DNA from: Salmonella phage vB_SalS_ABTNLsp9
DNA length: 32,000 nt
Reading direction: 5' to 3' (one strand)
Sequence record: MW149275.1
Part shown: positions 15,464 to 24,280 of the stretch, in pieces
Layout: every line of letters begins with the position of its first letter
Numbering within the stretch: position 1 is the stretch's first letter
The notes under the pieces: generated by a model
Seen by the model: the letters and a program-made list of their open reading frames with translations, nothing else
What the model was told of the DNA's origin: nothing
Database searches by the model: none
Translations under genes and position numbers: made by a program

Positions 15464-16680
15464 TGGGTTTTAAAAGCTGGATTACTGAAAAGCTAAATCC
15501 GGGTCAACGTATTATAAGAGACATGGAACCAGTTAGTCATCGCACTAACCGTAAGCCTTTTACCACTGGACAAGCCTACAGTAAAATTGAGATTCTCAAT
15601 AGAACTGCTAATATGGTTATAGATAGTGCGGCGGAGTGTTCTTATACTGTCGGAGATAAATATAATATTGTCACGTATGCTAATGGCATCAAGACAAAGA
15701 CTCTAGACACTCTCTTAAATGTACGACCTAATCCATTCATGGATATAAGCACATTCCGTAGACTTGTAGTCACTGACCTACTTTTTGAAGGTTGTGCATA
15801 CATCTATTGGGATGGCACAGCACTTTATCATGTCCCTGCTGCACTAATGCAAGTAGAGGCAGATGCCAATAAGTTTATCAAAAAATTTATATTTAATAAC
15901 CAGATAGACTATCGCGTAGATGAGATTATCTTTATAAAGGATAACAGTTACGTATGTGGCACAAATTCTCAAATTTCTGGACAATCTCGTGTTGCTACTG
16001 TTATTGATTCTCTTGAGAAGCGTTCTAAGATGCTTAACTTTAAAGAGAAGTTCCTCGATAATGGAACCGTGATTGGTCTTATTCTTGAGACGGATGAAAT
16101 CCTGAACAAGAAATTGCGTGAGCGTAAACAAGAAGAATTACAACTAGATTATAATCCTAGTACTGGTCAGTCCTCTGTCCTGATTCTAGATGGTGGTATG
16201 AAAGCTAAACCGTACTCCCAAATATCCTCTTTTAAAGATCTAGACTTTAAGGAAGACATCGAAGGATTTAATAAGTCCATCTGTCTAGCCTTTGGTGTTC
16301 CGCAGGTGCTACTTGATGGTGGTAATAATGCTAACATTCGACCAAACATCGAATTGTTCTACTATATGACTATCATCCCTATGCTGAACAAGCTGACTAG
16401 TTCTCTTACTTTCTTTTTTGGTTATAAGATTACTCCTAATACTAAGGAAGTAGCTGCATTAACACCAGATAAAGAATCTGAGGCTAAACATTTAACCTCA
16501 TTGGTTAATAATGGTATTATAACTGGTAACGAAGCTCGTTTAGAGCTGAACCTTGAACCTTTAGATGATGAGCAGATGAATAAGATTCGTATTCCTGCTA
16601 ACGTTGCTGGTTCTGCAACAGGTGTATCCGGTCAAGAAGGTGGTAGACCTCAAGGTTCCACCGAGGGAGATAAAGAATGA
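15463..16680 (+). CDS. Portal protein (405 aa)
   Basis: HK97-type portal features (NIRPNIELFYYMTIIPMLNKL, LVNNGIITGNEARLELNLEPL) and order. Confidence 0.92.
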   Translation: MGFKSWITEKLNPGQRIIRDMEPVSHRTNRKPFTTGQAYSKIEILNRTANMVIDSAAECSYTVGDKYNIVTYANGIKTKTLDTLLNVRPNPFMDISTFRRLVVTDLLFEGCAYIYWDGTALYHVPAALMQVEADANKFIKKFIFNNQIDYRVDEIIFIKDNSYVCGTNSQISGQSRVATVIDSLEKRSKMLNFKEKFLDNGTVIGLILETDEILNKKLRERKQEELQLDYNPSTGQSSVLILDGGMKAKPYSQISSFKDLDFKEDIEGFNKSICLAFGVPQVLLDGGNNANIRPNIELFYYMTIIPMLNKLTSSLTFFFGYKITPNTKEVAALTPDKESEAKHLTSLVNNGIITGNEARLELNLEPLDDEQMNKIRIPANVAGSATGVSGQEGGRPQGSTEGDKE

Positions 16681-17168
16681 TTGATTATAGTGGTCTAAAG
16701 ACCATTTTTGGTGAAAAACTGCCAGAATCTCATATCTTCTTTGCTACGGTTGCTGCGCATAAATATGTTCCTAGCTATGCTTTTCTGCGTAGAGAACTAG
16801 GACTTTCATCTGCGCATACTAACCGTAAAGTATGGAAGAAATTTGTAGAGGCATATGGTAAAGCAGTTCCTCCTGCTCCGCCTGCTCCGCCCTTAACTCT
16901 TTCTAAAGATTTAGCTGCTAGCATGTCAGTTGAAGAGGGAGCAGCATTAACACTTTCTGTTACTGCAACTGGTGGTACTGGTCCATATACTTATGCATGG
17001 ACTAAAGATGGTTCTCCTATTCCAGATGCTTCAGGAGCTACCTATACTAAGCCTGCAGCAGCTACTGATGATTCTGGAGTCTATAAAGTAAAGGTTACAG
17101 ATAGCAAGAAAGTTAGTAAGGATTCTACTGCATGCACAGTAACGGTTAATCCCGGTGTTGGAGGCTAA
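16677..17168 (+). CDS. Capsid decoration protein pb10-like with C-terminal Ig-like domain (163 aa)
   Basis: Strong recalled similarity to T5 pb10 (MIDYSGL..IFGEKLPESHIFFATVAAHKYVPSYAFLRRELGL, APPAPP linker, Ig-like domain). Confidence 0.92.
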   Translation: MIDYSGLKTIFGEKLPESHIFFATVAAHKYVPSYAFLRRELGLSSAHTNRKVWKKFVEAYGKAVPPAPPAPPLTLSKDLAASMSVEEGAALTLSVTATGGTGPYTYAWTKDGSPIPDASGATYTKPAAATDDSGVYKVKVTDSKKVSKDSTACTVTVNPGVGG

Positions 17169-17171
17169 TAA

Positions 17172-17804
17172 ATGACACAAGCTGCTATTGACTATAACAA
17201 GTTAAAATCAGCACCGGTTCATTTAGATGCTTATATTAAATCTATTGATAGCGAATCCAAAGAGGGTGTTGTAAAAATCCGTGGATTCGCTAATACAATT
17301 AGTAAAGATCGCGCTGGTGATGTAATTCCTGCTTCGGCATGGAAAACATCTAATGCACTTGCTAACTACATGAAAAACCCGATTATTCTTTTCGGACACG
17401 ACCATCGTCGTCCAATCGGCAAGTGTATTGATCTTAACCCTACTGAAATGGGTCTCGAAATCGAATGCGAGATCTATGAAAGTTCTGATCCGGCTATCTT
17501 TTCACTAATTAAAAACGGTGTACTGAAAACTTTTAGTATCGGATTCCGCTGCCTAGACGCAGAGTGGGATGAGGCTACTGATATATTTATTATTAAAGAT
17601 TTAGAACTATACGAAGTTTCGGTAGTTTCTGTACCTTGTAATCAGGACTCAACATTCAACCTCGCTAAGAGTATGAATGGGCATGATTACACTGAATGGC
17701 GAAAATCTTTTACTGCAATAAGTTCTAAAGCTGTCCCAGCTCAAGAACGTAATCTTTCTGAACTAGAAAAACTTGCGATAGCTTTAGGCTACGTTAAAGA
17801 ATAA
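17172..17804 (+). CDS. Prohead protease (210 aa)
   Basis: HK97-like protease features: GFANTISKDRAGDVI, FGHDHRRPIGK, LYEVSVVSVPCN. Confidence 0.92.
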   Translation: MTQAAIDYNKLKSAPVHLDAYIKSIDSESKEGVVKIRGFANTISKDRAGDVIPASAWKTSNALANYMKNPIILFGHDHRRPIGKCIDLNPTEMGLEIECEIYESSDPAIFSLIKNGVLKTFSIGFRCLDAEWDEATDIFIIKDLELYEVSVVSVPCNQDSTFNLAKSMNGHDYTEWRKSFTAISSKAVPAQERNLSELEKLAIALGYVKE

Positions 17805-17821
17805 CGGAGAATTATTTAAAA

Positions 17822-19198
17822 ATGACTATTGATATTAATAAGCTGAAAGAAGAACTTGGTCTGGGTGATCTGGCTAAATCTCTGGAAGGTCTGACCGCTG
17901 CTCAGAAAGCTGCTGAAGCTGAACGTATGCGTAAAGAGCAGGAAGAAAAAGAACTGGCTCGTATGAATGACCTGGTTTCTAAAGCAGTTGGCGAAGATCG
18001 TCAGAAACTGGAACAAGCTCTGGAACTGGTTAAGTCTCTGGATGAGAAATCTAAGAAGAGCGCAGAACTGTTTGCACAGACTGTAGAAAAACAGCAGGAA
18101 ACTATTGTTGGTCTCCAGGACGAAATTAAATCTCTGCTGGCAGCTCGTGAAGGTCGTTCCTTCGTCGGTGATAGCGTAGCTAAAGCACTGTACGGTACTC
18201 AGGAAGCTTTTGAAGATGAAGTTGAAAAACTAGTTCTTCTGTCTTATATGATGGAGAAGGATGTATTTGAAACCGAACATGGTAAGGCCCACATTAAAGC
18301 TGTTAATACTTCTTCCTCTGTACAGGTTTCCAGTGAAAACTATGAAACTATTTTCTCTACCCGTATCCTTCGTGACCTGCAGAAAGAGTTAGTAGTTGGT
18401 GCACTGTTTGATGAACTGCCAATGTCCAGCAAAATTCTTACTATGCTGGTTGAGCCTGAAGCTGGAAAAGCTACTTGGGTAGATGCTTCCAAATTCGGTA
18501 CTGATGAAACTGTTGGTAGCGAAGTTAAAGGTACTCTGACTGAGATTAGTTTCAAAACTTACAAGCTGGCTGCTAAGTCCTTCATCACTGATGAAACTGA
18601 AGAAGATGCAATCTTCTCCCTGCTGCCTCTGCTGCGTAAGCGTCTGATCGAAGCACATGCCGTTTCTATCGAAGAAGCGTTTATGACTGGTAATGGTACT
18701 GGTCAGCCAAAAGGTCTGTTGACTCTGGCTAGTGAAGATAGTGCTAAAGTTACCACCGAAGCTAAAGCTGATGGTTCTGTACTAGTAACTGCTAAAACCA
18801 TTTCTAAACTGCGTCGTAAACTCGGCCGTCATGGTCTGAAACTGAGCAAACTGGTACTGATCGTATCTATGGATGCTTACTACGATCTGCTGGAAGACGA
18901 AGAATGGCAAGATGTTGCACAGGTTGGTAATGATGCTGTTAAACTGCAAGGTCAGGTTGGTCGTATTTATGGTCTGCCGGTTGTAGTTTCTGAGTACTTC
19001 CCAGCTAAAGCAGCAGATAAAGAGTTCGCAGTTATTGTTTATAAAGATAACTTCGTAATGCCGCGTCAGCGTGCTGTTACTGTTGAACGTGAGCGCCAAG
19101 CTGGTAAACAGCGTGATGCGTACTACGTTACTCAGCGTGTTAACCTGCAACGTTACTTTGCAAATGGCGTTGTATCTGGTGCTTACGCTACCGTTTAA
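17822..19198 (+). CDS. Major capsid protein pb8-like (458 aa), with N-terminal scaffolding-like delta domain
   Basis: HK97-fold MCP; length equals T5 pb8; coiled-coil N-terminus. Confidence 0.95.
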   Translation: MTIDINKLKEELGLGDLAKSLEGLTAAQKAAEAERMRKEQEEKELARMNDLVSKAVGEDRQKLEQALELVKSLDEKSKKSAELFAQTVEKQQETIVGLQDEIKSLLAAREGRSFVGDSVAKALYGTQEAFEDEVEKLVLLSYMMEKDVFETEHGKAHIKAVNTSSSVQVSSENYETIFSTRILRDLQKELVVGALFDELPMSSKILTMLVEPEAGKATWVDASKFGTDETVGSEVKGTLTEISFKTYKLAAKSFITDETEEDAIFSLLPLLRKRLIEAHAVSIEEAFMTGNGTGQPKGLLTLASEDSAKVTTEAKADGSVLVTAKTISKLRRKLGRHGLKLSKLVLIVSMDAYYDLLEDEEWQDVAQVGNDAVKLQGQVGRIYGLPVVVSEYFPAKAADKEFAVIVYKDNFVMPRQRAVTVERERQAGKQRDAYYVTQRVNLQRYFANGVVSGAYATV

Positions 19199-19217
19199 TA
19201 CAGGCTTTTCAGCCGAT

Positions 19218-19245
19218 AAGGAGAGCTTCGGCTCTCCTTTTTTAT
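19218..19245 (+). terminator. Rho-independent terminator AAGGAGAGC-TTCG-GCTCTCCTT + T-run
   Basis: 9-bp stem, UUCG tetraloop, T-run. Confidence 0.93.
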
Positions 19246-19257
19246 TGGGAAAAATAA

Positions 19258-19770
19258 ATGCAAATCATCACAGCCGAAGATTATAGATTATATGGTGGTT
19301 TAAAACGACCTGAATTAGAATCTGGTGTAGAAATGATGATTACTGCTGCCAATGCGCTGATTACGAGCCTTCTAGGCATGGATGATGCTGATGCGGTAGA
19401 CCAGTTAATCAATACAAAACCTACACGTAGGAAATATTTTCTGAGTTCACCATCTGCTACCTCCGTAACTAAAGTGACGATTAACGATAATGAGATTGAC
19501 CCAGAGCAGTATAAGCTATACTCTGACGGTATTATCCTTCTCAAATTTAATCCTCCAGAAGGTTATATGGATGTAGCATATACACAAGGTGGATTTAACC
19601 CAGTGCCTGAAGATCTCAAACTTGCAGCATGTATGTTAGTAGATCATTGGCATAAACAAGATTACCGCCAAGCTAAAACAATTGGTGGTGAAACAGTAAC
19701 CTTCAATAATACTAAATCTGGTATTCCAGAGCATATTCGTACTATTATTGAAGTATATAGGAGAGTATAA
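19258..19770 (+). CDS. Head-completion / head-tail connector protein (170 aa)
   Basis: Gene order and connector-like features (MITAANALITSLLG..., AACMLVDHWHK). Confidence 0.75.
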   Translation: MQIITAEDYRLYGGLKRPELESGVEMMITAANALITSLLGMDDADAVDQLINTKPTRRKYFLSSPSATSVTKVTINDNEIDPEQYKLYSDGIILLKFNPPEGYMDVAYTQGGFNPVPEDLKLAACMLVDHWHKQDYRQAKTIGGETVTFNNTKSGIPEHIRTIIEVYRRV

Positions 19771-20537
19771 TGTCTCTTTCCGATCTAGCTAAACAAATTA
19801 TTAAAGAGCAGCTAGATACTGCAGGACGATCTGAAAATAATAAGAATACTGTTGTATACTCTGTTGAAACAGGGTTAAAAGATCCTACCAGAGATGGTAC
19901 TATTGCTCAAGTATCTTTTAAGTTTTCAAAACCCGTATCACAAGATCTTCTTGATGTTAGAACAGCCTCCATACTAAAAGCTGTATCCTCTAGTTTAGAT
20001 CTTTCGGGAGATTTAGGTGCTCTAGAAAATCTAATACAAGCAACTGCTGGTAAAAAATCTGCTGTAGGTAAAAAACGTTCTACAGGTAGAGTACAGGTAA
20101 ACTTTGGAGATCCTAAAGACGTAGAGGATGGATACTCAGGTGCAATAACAGGTGCTTCCGGACGTTTCGTGTCTAATAGCAATATGAAGGTTATATTAGA
20201 GATAGTTGCTAAAGAATACTTAATAAAGGATATGAAAAAGACAGGAGCGCCATTAAAATTTAGAACCGGTCGCTTTGCAAATTCTCTAAAAATTAAGGAT
20301 GTTATGCTTAGAGACGCAGAGACTAGTAAAGGTTCCCCTGAATTGAACGTAACATATAATTATATGACTCGTCCATATTCTGTGTTCAACCCTGCAGTAT
20401 CTACATACAGAAGATTATCTCTACGACCTTACCCAGGTGCTAGAAACCCCCAAAAACTTATTGGTGAGGCTATAGCAAAAGCTGCAAGAGACCTGATTCA
20501 CTCTAGATATAAAATCAAGGTTAATCAAGGAACCTAA
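19770..20537 (+). CDS. Putative neck/tail completion protein (255 aa)
   Basis: Syntenic position between connector and tail terminator. Confidence 0.65.
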   Translation: MSLSDLAKQIIKEQLDTAGRSENNKNTVVYSVETGLKDPTRDGTIAQVSFKFSKPVSQDLLDVRTASILKAVSSSLDLSGDLGALENLIQATAGKKSAVGKKRSTGRVQVNFGDPKDVEDGYSGAITGASGRFVSNSNMKVILEIVAKEYLIKDMKKTGAPLKFRTGRFANSLKIKDVMLRDAETSKGSPELNVTYNYMTRPYSVFNPAVSTYRRLSLRPYPGARNPQKLIGEAIAKAARDLIHSRYKIKVNQGT

Positions 20538-20540
20538 TAA

Positions 20541-21026
20541 ATGGATCATAGAACAAGTATTGCACAAGCTCTGGTTGACCGTATATCTAAACAGTTGGAT
20601 GGCTCTCAACCTGACGAATATTTTAATAACCTATATGGAAACGTTTCTCGTCAAACTTATAAATTTGAGGAAATACGAGAGTTTCCTTATGTGGCAGTTC
20701 ATATCGGAACTGAAACTGGGCAGTATCTTCCTTCGGGCCAACAGTGGATGTTTTTAGAACTTCCAATCCTGGTGTACGATAAAGAGAAAACAGACATTCA
20801 AGAGCAACTTGAAAAACTCGTAGCGGATATAAAAACCGTTATTGACACGGGTGGAAATTTAGAATATACTGTTAGTAAACCTAATGGATCGACCTTCCCA
20901 TGTGAGGCAACTGATATGATCATTACATCAGTTAGTACAGATGAGGGTCTACTGGCCCCATATGGTTTAGCAGAAATAAATGTAACAGTGAGGTATCAGC
21001 CTCCACGTAGGTCACTTCGCAGATAA
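20541..21026 (+). CDS. Tail terminator protein, T5 p142-like (161 aa)
   Basis: Same size and position as the T5 tail terminator. Confidence 0.8.
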   Translation: MDHRTSIAQALVDRISKQLDGSQPDEYFNNLYGNVSRQTYKFEEIREFPYVAVHIGTETGQYLPSGQQWMFLELPILVYDKEKTDIQEQLEKLVADIKTVIDTGGNLEYTVSKPNGSTFPCEATDMIITSVSTDEGLLAPYGLAEINVTVRYQPPRRSLRR

Positions 21027-21052
21027 GTTACAGATTAGGAGAAAATAATTAA

Positions 21053-22462
21053 ATGTCTTTACAACTATTACGTAATACTCGAATCTTCGTGTCTACGGTT
21101 AAGACCGGTCACAATAAGACCAACACGCAAGAGATTCTAGTTCAGGATGATATTTCTTGGGGTCAGGACAGTAACTCAACAGATATTACTGTTAATGAAG
21201 CTGGTCCGCGTCCAACTCGTGGTTCTAAACGTTTTAATGACTCTTTAAACGCAGCTGAGTGGAGTTTCTCTACTTATATCCTGCCATATAAAGATAAAAC
21301 TACTAACAAACAAATTGTTCCTGACTATATGTTATGGCATGCACTTTCTAGTGGTAAAGCTATTAACTTAGAAGGTAATACAGGGGCACACAATAACGAA
21401 GCTAACTTTATGGTTAACTTCAAAGATAACTCTTATCACGAGTTAGCAATGTTACATATTTATATTCTGACTGATAAAGCATGGAGTTATATCGATTCCT
21501 GTCAGATTAATCAGGCAGAAGTTAACGTTGATATCGAAGATATTGGTCGTGTAACTTGGTCTGGTAATGGTAATCAGCTTATTCCTCTGGATGCTCAGCC
21601 ATTTGATCCAGATGTGGTAGGTATTGATGATGAAACTTATATGACTATTCAGAGTTCTTATATTAAGAACAAACTGACTATCCTGAAAATTAAGGATATG
21701 GATTCTGATAAGGCATATGATATCCCTATTACTGGGGGTACTTTCACCATTAATAATAACATCACGTACCTAACCCCAAATATTATGTCCCGTGTAAATA
21801 TTCCAATCGGTTCATTTACTGGTGCGTTTGAACTAACTGGTTCTCTGACAGCTTACCTTAATGATAAAGCTCTAGGATCTATGGAGCTATATAAAGATCT
21901 AATTAAAACTCTTAAGGTAGTTAACAAGTTTGAAATTGCACTTATCCTTGGTGGTGAGTATGATGATGAACGCCCGGCAGCTGTGTTAGTTGCTAAACAG
22001 GCGCATGTTAACATTCCTACTATTGAGACTGATGATGTACTTGGTACTTCAGTAGAGTTTAAAGCTATTCCTACAGATTTGGATACTGGTGATGAAGGTT
22101 ATCTTGGTTTCTCTAACAAGTATACTAAAACCACTGTGGCTAATCTGATTGCTACAGGAGATGGCGCTAAAACTCCACCAAAACTAGTTGAATCAATCAC
22201 AGTTAAATCTGCTGGTAATGCTACTTCAGTAGCGAACAGTAATACTTTACAAATGTCTGTTGAGGTAACTCCGCCAGATGCTACTAATAGTGCTGTAACT
22301 TGGTCTATTTCTAGCGGTGATGCAGCTACAATTGATCCAGAATCTGGTCTATTAACTGCGGACACTACTAAGACAGGCTCTGTTACTGTGAAAGCTGTAG
22401 CTAAAGACGGTTCTGGTGTAGAAGGTACTAAGAGCATTACTGTAACAGCAGGTGGTGGCTAA
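21053..22462 (+). CDS. Major tail (tube) protein pb6-like with C-terminal Big2-type Ig-like domain (469 aa)
   Basis: Size and position; C-terminal VTPPDATNSAVTWSISSGDAATIDPESGLLTADTTKTGSVTVKAVAKDGS is a typical Big_2 domain. Confidence 0.9.
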   Translation: MSLQLLRNTRIFVSTVKTGHNKTNTQEILVQDDISWGQDSNSTDITVNEAGPRPTRGSKRFNDSLNAAEWSFSTYILPYKDKTTNKQIVPDYMLWHALSSGKAINLEGNTGAHNNEANFMVNFKDNSYHELAMLHIYILTDKAWSYIDSCQINQAEVNVDIEDIGRVTWSGNGNQLIPLDAQPFDPDVVGIDDETYMTIQSSYIKNKLTILKIKDMDSDKAYDIPITGGTFTINNNITYLTPNIMSRVNIPIGSFTGAFELTGSLTAYLNDKALGSMELYKDLIKTLKVVNKFEIALILGGEYDDERPAAVLVAKQAHVNIPTIETDDVLGTSVEFKAIPTDLDTGDEGYLGFSNKYTKTTVANLIATGDGAKTPPKLVESITVKSAGNATSVANSNTLQMSVEVTPPDATNSAVTWSISSGDAATIDPESGLLTADTTKTGSVTVKAVAKDGSGVEGTKSITVTAGGG

Positions 22463-22466
22463 TTAA

Positions 22467-23366
22467 ATGTACTACTCTCTAATGAGAGAGTCAAAAGTTA
22501 TAGTTGAGTATGATGGTAGGGCATTTCATTTTGATGCCCTATCAAACTATGATATACAGACTTCCTACGAGGAATTCAAGACTCTTCGTAGGACTGTTCA
22601 TCGTAGAACTAACTATGCAGACTCTATTATAAATGCTCAAACACCCTCTTCTATCTCTCTAGCAGTAAATTTCAGTAATACTCTTACTGAGGCTAACTTC
22701 TTTGAATGGTTAGGTTTTGATAGAAAAGGTAATACTTTCTTGCTCCCACTATATAGTAGTAATATTGAACCTATCATGTTCAATATCTATATAGTAAATA
22801 AAGATAATAACTGTGTATATTTTGAAAACTGTTATGTATCTACGGTAGATTTTTCTTTAGATAAGAACATACCAATTCTTAATGTTGGTATTGAGTCTGG
22901 GAAATTCTCAGAAGTATCTACGTATAGGGAAGCAGCTTCTATTATACAGGGTGAAGTAATGTCTTACAGCCCAGTAATAGCTTCTACTAATGGCAGCATC
23001 TTACCCGGTCTTATTTCTGCCTCTTTATCTTTCCAACAGCAGTGCTCCTGGAGAGAGGATAAGAGTGTTTTTGATATAAATAAAATTTATAATAATAAAA
23101 GAGCCTATGTAACTGAAATGAATGCTTCGGCAACTATTTCTCTATACTACTTAAAACGTTTTGCAGGAGATATGGTTTATAATATAGAACCGGAGATAGA
23201 TGTACCTTTAACGATAAGAAATAATAATATTTCTATAGATTTTCCTTCAGCACGTATTACAAAACGCCTAGAGTTCTCAGATGTGTATAGAGTTGAGTGG
23301 GATATTATACCTACTGCTTCTTCAGACCCAGTGAGAATAGATTTCTTTGGAGAAATTAAAAAATGA
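22467..23366 (+). CDS. Putative minor tail protein (299 aa)
   Basis: Between tail tube and chaperone genes, translationally coupled. Confidence 0.7.
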   Translation: MYYSLMRESKVIVEYDGRAFHFDALSNYDIQTSYEEFKTLRRTVHRRTNYADSIINAQTPSSISLAVNFSNTLTEANFFEWLGFDRKGNTFLLPLYSSNIEPIMFNIYIVNKDNNCVYFENCYVSTVDFSLDKNIPILNVGIESGKFSEVSTYREAASIIQGEVMSYSPVIASTNGSILPGLISASLSFQQQCSWREDKSVFDINKIYNNKRAYVTEMNASATISLYYLKRFAGDMVYNIEPEIDVPLTIRNNNISIDFPSARITKRLEFSDVYRVEWDIIPTASSDPVRIDFFGEIKK

Positions 23367-23767
23367 TTAATTTAAAAGATATTACTCTTGATACTCGTAC
23401 TATTACTCTTTCCTACCCAGGTATGCCGAACTTTAAACTAGAACTTAACTATATGTCTCGTGCTACCTCTAAACGTGTTATTTCTTCTGCTAAACGCGAT
23501 GAATGGGTTAATGGTACTTTGGTTCAGGTACAGGATGATGATAAGTTTATTGAAGCGTTTGTTGACGCAGCTATTAAAGGTTGGACTGGTTTGACTGTAG
23601 GTGACGTTGAAAAACTGATGCTGATTGAAACAGATGCTGATCCTGCTACTGAAGTTCCATTCAGTCGTGATAATGCTGTAATGCTTATGCAGAACTCTGC
23701 TGCGTTTGATTCTTGGATCAACCAGACAGTGTTCCACTTAGACACTTTTCGTAGCCCAAAAGCGTAA
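23363..23767 (+). CDS. Tail assembly (tape-measure) chaperone, upstream frame (134 aa)
   Basis: Position directly upstream of the TMP and overlap with a second open frame. Confidence 0.8.
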   Translation: MINLKDITLDTRTITLSYPGMPNFKLELNYMSRATSKRVISSAKRDEWVNGTLVQVQDDDKFIEAFVDAAIKGWTGLTVGDVEKLMLIETDADPATEVPFSRDNAVMLMQNSAAFDSWINQTVFHLDTFRSPKA

Positions 23768-23828
23768 AGAACTCCTAGATGCTGTTGCTGATTTTGCAGA
23801 CAAATGTATTAAAAGCTCAGCATCTAAA

Positions 23829-24197
23829 ATGACTAAACAACAATATTTAATACTTTGCGAGTCAATGGGTATAGAACCTGATCCTAAGGCTATGCCTGTT
23901 GAACTCGAAGATTTTCCACCTATTGTATCTATTAGTATGAATATTTATAACAGTCTAATTGACTGCTTCATACCAGGTGACTTTCCTATTTTTATAGGTA
24001 AGGATAAAGCTGCATTAGGTGTTTTATTTGATATTTATGGGATTACTGATCCTATAGAAAAAGAATTTGTTCTACACATTATCAATATATTTGATGCTAA
24101 AGCTGTAGACGCTGCACGCAAACGTGCTGAGAAGCATAAACCGCAAAACGGAAGGATTCCTAACGTTAAGCCACATGCTAGATCTCGAGCACGGTAA
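23829..24197 (+). CDS. Tail assembly chaperone, downstream frame (122 aa from ATG; frame open from 23742)
   Basis: Frame is +1 relative to the 23363 ORF, with an open extension overlapping it. Confidence 0.75.
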   Translation: MTKQQYLILCESMGIEPDPKAMPVELEDFPPIVSISMNIYNSLIDCFIPGDFPIFIGKDKAALGVLFDIYGITDPIEKEFVLHIINIFDAKAVDAARKRAEKHKPQNGRIPNVKPHARSRAR

Positions 24198-24232
24198 AAG
24201 TTTCCTCCAATGGGCGTTCCACGATGAGGCTT

Positions 24233-24263
24233 GGCTCTGGGTGATTTGCCCAGAGCCTTTTTT
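24233..24263 (+). terminator. Rho-independent terminator GGCTCTGGG-TGATTTG-CCCAGAGCC-TTTTTT
   Basis: 9-bp GC-rich stem plus T6. Confidence 0.93.
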
Positions 24264-24280
24264 ATTGGGAAAAATAAAAC

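Noticed and set aside
23755-23761. CCCAAAA as a classical -1 frameshift signal
   Set aside because: The -1 frame terminates at TAG 23776 and does not reach the downstream chaperone ORF; only a +1/-2 shift would.
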